Below are positions 53,944-64,000 of a stretch of 64,000 nucleotides of DNA, piece after piece; the stretch's first letter is position 1, and each line of letters opens with the position of its first letter. The stretch is taken from the NCBI GenBank assembly GCA_013239625.1, contig MU053561.1:622826-686825 (forward strand), written 5' to 3'. Source of the DNA: Lama guanicoe. Its lineage: Eukaryota. Below the pieces are notes generated by a model that saw only the letters and a list, made by a program, of their open reading frames with translations, was not told the origin of the DNA and searched no databases. The position numbers and the translations under genes were made by a program.

Positions 53944-56900
53944 AATTGATGGCCATATGATGGATTTTTTAATTTGGAAAAACTTTTTAATTGGTGAAAG
54001 TTACACTGAACCAGGAAGCTTTATTTACGCAGCGAGAGTAACAAGCAAATTCCTGAGAGACCAGAGCGGCGCCAGAGCAGGACAGTCATGGCTGCACGGA
54101 GGACAGGCTGCGGTGGGTGGAGGTGGGTGACACAGACCCGTGCCTGCTGTGCATGGAGCGCTGCGCCCCAGGCAGGGGCCTGCCCAGCACTGCACATCTG
54201 CACCATCCCCCTTCCTGGAGCTCCACGAAGCCAACAAGGTACAGTTGGGAAAGCACACAGGACCCCAGAGACAGCCAGCTGGTTGTCACTGGGCCCCCAG
54301 GACATCGCCCCTGCACTCAAACACAATTTCTTACCAACAAGACCATGCTAGAAAGTCAGACTATCCTACCTAAGCCATGAGATTAAAAAAAAAATCTTTT
54401 TCTTTTCTTTTTAAAGAGGCATGGTTTTCTCTGGCACCAATGGGAGGGGTTTGACCAACTACATGGCTGGGACAAGACGCAGCACCACTGCCTACATGGA
54501 GACACAGCCCTGGCCACCCTACATGTTTTTATGTATTTCAGTTTGATCCAAACTGGCTTTAAAATCACCAGAAGCTAATGGGAGGATCCAAGTTATTTAA
54601 TGGTTTTTTTAATTCCCATTTTATTTGATCTCCAGTCCAGTATTTTTCCTTCTTTCCTCCTATATCCCAGCTGCACAAGCAGAAGAGAAAGGGGAGAAAA
54701 GGCTAAAAGTCTCTTGCTCACCGACCAAGAACTTCAGCTCATTTTGGCTCATTTAATCTGTTTAGGCTTTTGGTCTATGGTTAAAAAAAATGATGAGGTG
54801 TAACTTACATACCAGTGATGAGGAAGCTAAAATCTAAGAGCAAGGACACTTGGTGGTACCCGTTGCTAATGATCTGAAGTTCAAATCATTTTCCCCGGCT
54901 GCGAGAAGGGGGATGGACACAGACTGGGGCTGGTTGGCATTTCAGGGCAGACTCTTTTCTTCAATATTGCTGTTTGATGGAATGCAGTTTAGCTAGAAAG
55001 CAACCTGTGCTCATTTGAAGTTTCAAATGACTCATGTGATTTGTGTCGACATTTCAGGAATCCTGGGATATCAGAGATTCTATGTGGATAAAAACTCCTA
55101 GGAATTCTGTAAGAAATCTCAGGGCGGAATGCACAGGACAGATCGCTGAGATACAAGGCGGGTGGAAGCAAAGGCTATCCCTGAAGATCACCTCCCGGTG
55201 CAGGTGCTTGGTGTCCTTAAAGACCCTTTGGCCCGCGCCCTGAGAACTCATGCCAAGTTTCCCAATGGAGTGGGAGAGATAATACCAAGGCTACCATCTG
55301 GGGGCCTTGTTTGAGAGATTACACAGTTCAAGGTTGGCCGGAAGTGCTTTCATCTCTGTGGGATGAAAGTCTCAAGGAGAGAGGCCGCAAAGCCTAGAGC
55401 CATCGCCATAGCAGCAGTGGCACTGAAAGGGAAGACGTGGAGGCGGGAGAAGGCCCTGGTAGGGGCTGCGTGGGGGCAGGAGAGGGAGGGCCCAGGGCTG
55501 CTGGGGTCCCAGGCAGGGTCCCAGGGTCATTGAGGCCGACAGGCCCCCCGAGGTGTCCCTGAAACAGGGAGGAAAGATCAGGGTAGAGGACTTGGGTTCC
55601 CAGAGACATCAGGTCATATATCAGAGTAAAAATGAGACTGGAGTGTCCCTCTCATTGGAGTGGTCTCAGGAACCGAGAATGACATTTGTCTGGGAGGGAG
55701 GGGGTAGAGGGACAGGCGCCAGTAGTCACACACCGACTGGGGTTTCTGTCAGTCCAGGATCAGGTCTGGCCTTTCCCCTGAACCCTTGCACATTTTGAAT
55801 CGAGGACTCAGGACCCCTTCCAGGCCATAATGGCCATGTTTTCGTTTTATTCTGTTTTGTCTAATAATATTCTGCCCTCTCCAGCCACCACCCCATCAAC
55901 CGCTCTCATTAGCCAGTTTTCTTTCCCAGGAATTAAAATGTCCCCTGCTGACCTGCAGACACGTTCTGCCCTGAGGAGAAGCACACACAGTTCTTCAGAA
56001 CCCAGTCTGCAGGGAAGTTGGGGGAGGATCACATCTTTGTTTTATAACAGGAGCTTTGTTTATTGTGGGTTGAAGGAGTTTTTTGAGGTCTGAGGGGAGG
56101 CACATCTATCTGAAGGATTTGCTCACTCTGGAGTGATCCTGACCTAATTAGGTCATTAGCCACCAGTCCCAGCTCCGTAAGCCATAATGACCGCAAATCC
56201 CACCCGGCCAGGATTAGGAGACAGTTGGAAGTGCTGTGCTCAATGGAGCTGAGAGGGATGTTAGAGAGAGGAGAGCTGTGCACATGTTCACGTCGGAGCA
56301 GAATTTCAGCATGGATCTAGGTCTCCTGCCTCCACGTTCAGGGCTCCGCCTGACACAGCTTGTCACGCTAAGAATTTCCACTGGAGAGCCTGGCAAAAGT
56401 ACCTGGAATTTGCTGCTCCTTATTTTGAAATAAGCATATTTTGAAATATGCTTCTCAGCATAGCCCTGAGGTTTCTGGAGACTTATCTGCACCAGGTTTC
56501 ATCCCTCCAACTCCAGCTCCACTCCTGTCCCCACTTGGTTCACCAGTGTCAGGGAAAAGGGCCGCCACTGGAGGGGCACAGCAAAGCCTGGTCTACGCAG
56601 TCGGGGGGCCGGTGCTCGCAGAGGCAGCCGGCGCCCGGGGAGGTGACTGACATGACCAGCCCAATGAGCAGAGGCAAGTTATTTCATCTGTCTGGGCCTC
56701 AGCCCCTCCTTTGAAAGACTGCAGGTTTTTATTCATGTTGGTAGAACCTCTGCCGGATTTGAAGCCACCAGAAACTAAAGGCTGGGCTGATGTCCAGGTC
56801 CTCGCCTGCTCTGCTTCACTTGGTCACCAATGCAAAGGCCTCCGTCTGGATGGGTCCTGTTAACATTCTAGTTCAGCACCTCCTCCGCGGCTATAAAGTA

Positions 56901-59394
56901 CAGAACAAGGAACTAGCCGGTTAGTTGGGCTGGTTCCTAGCAGCAAATAGATGGGAGCTCACAGCCTTCGTTGCCTCTTCCTCACCAGCCTTGAGGTGGC
57001 TTTCATCACAAGCTGTTCTGGCCCAGTGGCGCCACCTAATGGCTTCAGAGGGGAACTCTTTGACCCGTCAGGACACCATTTCCCTTTCGCCAGTGGTGTA
57101 TGTTCTCACCCCATCCGTTCCCTGCTGGCGGTCCAGGTAATCCATCTTACTACTGACATCTGCTTTTTCCCCCTTCCCTGATTTCGCCAAGCTATTGGCT
57201 GTTTTTTTGTTTTGGTTTGTTTTTTCAGGAAATCTTTCTCATCCTTTCTTCCTTTTCCCTAGTCTCTCATGTCTCCTTCCCTTTGCAAACCAAAAATAAC
57301 CCTATCCCAATGTGATGGATGAGATTAGTCCCGTGGATTAAGAACAAAAAAGTAAAACCGTTTTGAAGTCACATTAGAGCCAGTAAAGAACCTCCAAAGC
57401 CTTTGAAAATACCCTCAGAGGCACTTTAAGATTCCTTACTGAAGTTACTGCTGGACTCTGTCTTCCTCTAATTAAGCCTGCTTTTCCTCATCAGGAGCAT
57501 TTATGAAAATTAAAGAAAGCATTTATTACACAATTTTCTTAGCTTTTAGTTTGGACCTATGACTAGCAATACATTACTTTGTGCTCGTTTGCATGGCAAT
57601 TATGCCAGTTTTCTGCTACTTAGCATATCAAGTGGGTATTTGCAGTCACTCGGGAATCCAACCACTACTTTAATAGCATTCTTTCTATGGGAAAATAAGT
57701 GCTGAGTTTCAAACAAATGACTTCCAAGTAGAGTTTTGGAGCACAGCCATGTTGTGAATTGTGGGCTGCCTATGGGGTGTTGGAGACGGTTTAGGGCAGA
57801 CTGGGAGACACTGATCCAGGGACTCTTATGGTATTTGGAAAGGTTAGGGACGTTCTAATTCTACTGAGCAGTGGAATAATCTGATTACAAAGACCCTTGG
57901 AGACAGCGTAATGGCTCCTTAATAATGAAAATAAAATCGCAGCCATTTACCCAGTGCTTCATGATGTGTCATGCACCGTGTAAGTTGTTTTATATGCATT
58001 AATATTTCAACCTATATAATAATTCCCAAGCACAAATATTATTATCCCATTATTATCCCTGTTTCACAGATGTTCAGAGAGATTAAAATATGTGATGCCC
58101 AACACGCCTAGTAGTATGTTCTGACTCCCAGTGCCTGGCTCTTAAGCATCATGAAAAGAAGCAAACGTGTGCAGCCAAGCATGCTTTGCAGGGTGAGAGC
58201 TGGCATTGGAACGCCACGGGCAAATGCATCTTTGCTCCCTTCCGTTAGCAAAAATCCTAACTCGATCAGAAAGTAAGAAAACACCATCACTTAACTGGTC
58301 ATAAACAATCACCTTGCAAGTTTAAATCAGTCTCAACAGTCTACAGAGAACCCTTCCATATTTAATTTCATTTGTCACTCATCTTAATCCAGTGAGATAA
58401 AGGATAATCAGTGTAAGAAATCAGAGATGAAAGAAATGAAAACCCAGAGACTCCAAGTGAATTCCCCATGTTCACAGAACGAGACTGGCACAGCCTGACC
58501 AGGAATCCCTCTGACTCACTCTGGGTGTCTCTACAGACATGGCCAGTCTGGAGTATCCGCAGTGAGCTAGCAAACGTTCAAGTCTCTGCTCTGTAGGGTC
58601 AGAAGAGCTGCATAAAGTGAGCTTGGTCAATTTCCAGAAAACCGAGACCCCTGGGAAAGGTGTCCTGCATGGAGATCACTGCCCTGCCTCTTCATTTGTT
58701 CAAAAAGGATGGAGAGTGCCAAAACAGACGTCAGAAATGACACAAGTGTTCAGAGCAAGCTCTGAACTCTGAACACTACTGACTTGAGAACTGGAAGGTG
58801 TTGCTTCTTGTGAGAGTGGCAGATGCCAGAAGGTGGCAGGAGAGAGATAGGAAGGGCAGTGCGGTCTGGATGGACAGAGCAGCTATAGGATGGAGCTCGG
58901 TCTCTCTCCGCCTTCCTCCTAGCACCTCCCACTCTGGCATCCACTCCAAACTGCATTTCTGAAGGCCGTTGCTTTCAGCTGCTCCCAGTACTCCCTAAGA
59001 CATCAGTAGCTGAGAGCATCCAGGAAGACAGACTCTCATAAGCTTTGTAACTTGGCCAACGTGGGCTCAAACTCAGCTCTGCTGTTTGCTCACCATGGTT
59101 CCATGAAAAAACTATTTGTGAAAGAAGAATATTAATGCCTATCCCATAGAGCCTTCATGAGGACCAACACGATAGCCCATATAAACTTTCTAGAACACTG
59201 CCTTGGAGTGTGGATTATTAATGAATGGTAGACCCATTTGCATGATTTCTCTTGTTGATGACAAGCGGGTTCTCCTCCGAGGCTCTGGAGGTTGAAAGTG
59301 GATTCAAGATTTGAGTAATTCTGTGATAGTATAATTTAAATCTGTGTCGCGTTTACTCATTTGTTCATCCAACAAGGTTTGCTGAATGCATGCC

Positions 59395-59771
59395 ATCCAC
59401 CAGGAAGGCAGAGGCAGCCACTGCTCCCCAACATTTCCCAGTTAGTTAAATGTGGGTGGGGCTCATATGACCGGATTGGGCCAGCGGGCTAGGAGTGGAA
59501 GTGACATGTGTTAACTGTAGGTCAGGAATTTAAGAGCTGATATGTGACCCTCTCTCCTTCTCTCCTGTTACAGGATTCTGGGAGCCATGTTCTCCAGGAG
59601 GCATAGCTGTAAGGCAAAGGGAGCTTGGATCTCTGAATCACCATTTGGAAAGAAATAGTCCTGGAGATCAGCTGATTTGGTGTGAGCAAGAAGTAAAGAT
59701 TTGTGTGTTAAGCCACTAAAAATTCAGGGTTTATTCTTTACAACGGCATAGCCAACCCCAACCTGACTAAT
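59395..59771 (+). mobile_element. Old MLT1 (MaLR) LTR
   Basis: gagtggaagtgacatgtg...gtgagcaagaagtaaagatttgtgtgttaagccact...cctgactaata. Confidence 0.65.
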
Positions 59772-60734
59772 AGATCTAGGCATTGAACTAAACACTAGAG
59801 ATTTTTTTTTTAAACTTAGATGATGTCAATCTCTGCTTTCAAGAATCTTATAGTAAAAAGAGAAGACAGATTTCAGTATCTGATTTTCTGTTACTTGAGA
59901 TGATACAGAGTATACCAGAAATCCTTTTCTAGGGAGAGTTATCTGGGAATTTGGGATTATTGCCATTGTTTCTCAAATGGTATCTCATAAATGATGCTTT
60001 ACTGCATCTAGTCTAGACAAGCTCCAGTTCTCACCTATCTATATAATTAAGATAAGGCTGTCTATCTCATGGAGATCTTGTGGGAATGGAAGGATTCTGT
60101 AAAATGCAGACTAGCCTAGTGATTAACAGTAAAGACGTTGGGAGTTTTGTCTCCTGTTACAAAAGCATTTCTCCCCTGATACTGTTTCCAGACTCTCTAT
60201 CACAATCTATTTGTCTGTCTTTATACCAGTACCACCCTGACTTCATCACTGTTTTGGCAGTTCTCCCCAGATTGATCTGTTGATCCACAGATTCAACTTG
60301 ACCCAATCACAATCTCAGGAGGCTTTGCATTGGAGGGAATTGGTTCCTAGTTCAGAGCAAGCTTACTCCCCAAAGAAACTACACCAGCCCAGTTGTTTGA
60401 GAAATATTAACTTCTTTGCCTTTTAGAAGCAGTAGCCTTGTGGCTGTTTTCCTCTGCCTGTGGCCAGGCGGCAATGGTCTAGTTACACAAGCATATCCTT
60501 GAGGGTAGGAACTGTGTCTTTCAGATTTTCCAGGACCCTTTCAAGTGGACATCTTCTGACGCATCTTCCCTCCTAAGGACACCCATAAACATTCCCCAGG
60601 TGGTTCTAAAGATTAAGTTATCTGGACATAACCTCCTCTATCTGTAGTGTCTGTGAAGCGAAGCCTTCCTCTGCCAGTTCCCTCAGCATCCCACTGCCTG
60701 TCTCCGCACTACCCCTTTCTGCCAAGACTCTCAC

Positions 60735-60815
60735 CTTGTCGGCTCACAGTCAGCACCTGTGATGCCCCGCGAAGTCTCTTTTCTCTCCGCCACTCTCCCC
60801 AGCCGACCTGCCACC
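60735..60815 (-). other. HAO2: Probable non-coding exon 1 of HAO2
   Basis: Strong donor GACAAG|gtgaga at 60735/60734, TATA-like ctatat ~60840-60845, HNF1-like site upstream; 5' end inferred. Confidence 0.55.
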
Positions 60816-61000
60816 TCCTCTCCTGCCCCCGTTCCAAGCATATAGACACCCAACAACCAACCTGATGTTAGTCTCTTCCAGGACTTGGGAAAAGTGGTGT
60901 CCAGAGGCAGCCACCCAAATCCCGGCTCACGGCTGGCTGTGGTGGGAATAGCACGTCCCCACCCACAGCTCCCTGAGGACAGAGGACGTTCAAGGCTAAA

Positions 61001-61014
61001 GGTTAATCTTTAAA
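61001..61014. promoter_or_regulatory. HAO2: HNF1-like site in the putative HAO2 promoter
   Basis: GGTTAATCTTTAAA resembles GTTAATNATTAAC; fits liver/kidney expression of HAO2. Confidence 0.5.
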
Positions 61015-61428
61015 TGGGGACAACACCCTTCTTGGAAGTCAGTGAGCAAGTGGTCCAGAGCCGGGTTAACCATGACACGAACTTTGTGTGCTTTGCCAAG
61101 TTGCCTCCCATTTAAGTGAAGTTCATTGCAAAATTAAACTTCAAAATAAAAGAGCTGCTGCTTTGCTCCCATACCTTATATTTCCCCAGTTCACTCCAGA
61201 CAGTTAGAGGAAAGTAGCGGGTGACTTCAGGTGGAGAATTACAAAAGCCCCATGTTGGAAAGGAAAGGCCAGTCTGGGGAGGTGGTGAGGGAACTGGTAA
61301 AGAGCAGCCACAGCTGGGGATCCGGGGCCAGAGAGCCACGGGGACCCAGCCAGGATGGAGCGAGGGGCACACTGTGCAGAGCCCTCCAGGCCTGACCAGA
61401 GACTAATATGCGAAGCAGGGAGAACCAC

Positions 61429-61898
61429 TAATATATATATATTTTAATGGAAGTATAGTCAGTTACAATGTATCAATTTCTGGTGTACAGCACAATGTCC
61501 TAGTCGTGTTAGTCGTGTGTGTGTGTGTGTACATACATATATTCGTTTTCATATTCTTTTCCATTAAAGGTTATTACAAGATATTGAATATAGTTCCCTG
61601 TGCTATACAGAAGAAACTTGTTTTTTAATCTATTTTTATATATAGTGGTTAACCTTTGCAAATCTCAAATTCACAAATTTATCCCTCCCCACCCTCTTCC
61701 GCCTAGTAACCATAAGATTATTTACTAGTGTTCTAATCCCAAAAGATACATGCACCCCAATGTTCAAAGCAGCACTATTTACAATAGCCAAGACACGGAA
61801 GCAGCCTAAATGTCCATCAACAGATGACTGGATAAAGAAGTTGTGGTATGTTTACACAATGGAATACTATTCAGCCATAAAAAAGAATAAAACAATGC
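61429..61898. mobile_element. 5'-inverted L1 insertion (minus-strand 3' UTR ~61429-61725 joined to plus-strand ORF2-end ~61731-61898)
   Basis: The two halves match different parts of the L1 at 26272-26890 in opposite orientations. Confidence 0.8.
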
Positions 61899-64000
61899 AA
61901 GAACAACGAGCATTTATTCAGTGCTTTTGATATGCCTGACATATTGCATACATTATTTCATTTGATCTTCACTGCAGCCATATGAGTCGATATTAGTTTC
62001 CCCATTTTTCAGAAGAGAAAATGAAGTTAATTAACTTGCCCAAGATTTTCATCAGTAAAGAGCAGTCTGGATTTGAATCTAGCCTGTAGCCACCACTCAG
62101 TGCCATGTGACATTCTAGGCTACTTCGAGGACTGTGGCCATGGTATTTGCCTGTCTTTTAGAATCTGTTGTTGGAGAGAAAAACAACAACTTCCCTGCTA
62201 ATTATACCTGCTGGATACACCTTCCTCAAAGGCTCCTTCAGTATTTTCTTGGAAATTAATTGCTATCTGTTGTACCACCACTAGATGGCAGTATTACCTC
62301 AGAATGCTTTTCAAAGCGGCTGTACTCTGGGATCTGGAAATTCCTTTTTCATTTCACCCCTCCTCAATCAGCCTCCAGGCCATGCTCACAGGCAGCTCTC
62401 ACATCACCTGGCCTGCTCTCAGTCCTCTGATCCAGACTTTCCATTGCCATCTTCCAATCCCAGACAGCGTCCCTCCCTTCCAGGATTTATTACAGTCAGG
62501 AATGAACAGAAACACAGACACTGGAGCATCACGCCTGAGCTCAAATCTGCAGCCTCTTACTAACATCTGCATGTGACCTGGCTTCGTTGTGCCTCAGTTT
62601 CCTCATAACATCTCCACACTTTAATGAGAAGCAAATGAGTTCACTCCTATCAGGTTCTGGGACTTGGTAGAACAGTGGAGGTTCTCATAGAGCTCTCATA
62701 ACTGGATTCCTAGATTGAACCAAGTTCGAACTAAGTTCTCAAGTTTGAATCTAATATGAGGTCCTGGGGGACCTTTTGAATCTGATCACTGAGCTAAGGA
62801 ACATTCTCTCTTCTAAGATGACGCACTTAACTATCAGCCTTCACTGCTGTAGCTTAAGTGAATTAATTTGCATAGAGGCACAGAGGGCCACAGGCAGAGC
62901 TATTTGAGATGCTTTTGCAGCATCTCTTGAATTCCAGAGAACGTGTTCCTGTCCAACCTTGGATCTGACGGTGGGTTGGACAGGGCATCACCAGCAGGCT
63001 TGGAGCACATTTCAGGACGAGGTTGAAAAGAGATGTTGGTTTTGTTTGTTTGTTTGTTTGTTTGTTTGTTTCAAGCAGCCATTGGGTACCTGTTGAACAA
63101 TGTGCCTGCTTAATTTGGGTGGAGACAAATGGCAGGCCATTCCCGAGCAGCCATGGCCCAGCTTCTTAGAGAGTAAATGGAGTTTTGTGATCAGAAAGAA
63201 ATGCCCCAGTCCCCCACAAGGGAGGGCGTCCAGGCCCTCCTGGTCCCTGATGTGCCACCTGGCCATCCATCTTGCTTGAGCTGATTCCAGAAGTTAGACG
63301 AGTCCTGGACTTTGAGGTCTGCCCTCAAGCCCACCAGGGTGCTTGACCCTTTGGAGCTTCAGGTTAATATTAACCTTGGATTGCTGGAGCCTGAAGCCAA
63401 CCAGTCATGCACGAGGCTAAGTCAAACCAAGGGGGAATTTGCATCTTTCTGCAGCTCCCTTACAAGCTATGGGCCCAGTGGTTTGGCTGCCCCGTGGGTG
63501 GGGGCAACTGTGCAGCATGAGTCACAGGGAGGGATGGGGGCACAGCCCGAAGAAGGACTTCCTGGAGAGTGTGGTCATAGGCCAGTGACCCTTGTCGTTG
63601 GGCTGTATTGTTTGTCCTTGTTTTCCAGGGTCGAAAGCAGGAAGAAGTCTCTCTCCAGCTGCTGAGTTCGCTACATAGATCAGATCTGACCAGAAGTAGA
63701 TGGAGCCTCGGGGTGTGAAGGTGAACTAGGGAGCGAGAGCTGGAGTTATGAAGCTTTCTGAGATCATGGAGAGAGTTGGGCACTGGGTACAGAACAAGAG
63801 TTCAGGATCCCAGAATCCGCTGGGTGTCGGGGGTCATGGGCACGGCTGACCACATGGGAGATGATGTGGGATCCACTGTCAGTAGCCCACTGGTATGAGA
63901 ACCATTGACATCGTGCAGATGACTTGTGTTCTTCCAAACCAGTGACATTTGGGAGATGACTTGTTAGGTGGCAGGGGAGGGATGTTCAGCATAGGAGAGA

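Noticed and set aside
51514..64000. Numerous 60-180 aa ORFs in HAO2 intron 1 and upstream
   Set aside because: No recognisable domains or coherent splice structure; consistent with chance ORFs and repeat remnants

Overview
Mammalian genomic DNA, most likely a camelid (alpaca/llama/camel), inferred from repeated tRNA-Ala-derived SINEs resembling the camelid Vic-1 family. The window is syntenic with human 1p12. It holds three intact spliced genes reconstructed by hand from splice sites and frame: ZNF697 (+, 2 coding exons, 535 aa, 11 C2H2 fingers), a single 3-beta-hydroxysteroid dehydrogenase gene (HSD3B, -, coding exons 145+165+812 nt, 373 aa) and HAO2 (-, 7 coding exons, 350 aa, C-terminal PTS1 SRL). 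HSD3B intron 2 contains a full-length WBP2 processed pseudogene (poly(A) tail, ~18-bp TSD, +1 frameshift, premature stop). It inserted in sense orientation just downstream of the TATA box of an MLT1A-type LTR, which itself sits inside a MIR. This is the most unusual structure in the window. The rest is ordinary interspersed repeats (SINEs, L1, L2, MIR, MER58, MER68, MLT1), CpG islands and candidate regulatory motifs. Repeat family names and ortholog comparisons are from memory, not database searches. I found no convincing wholly new biological system; the findings are testable hypotheses.
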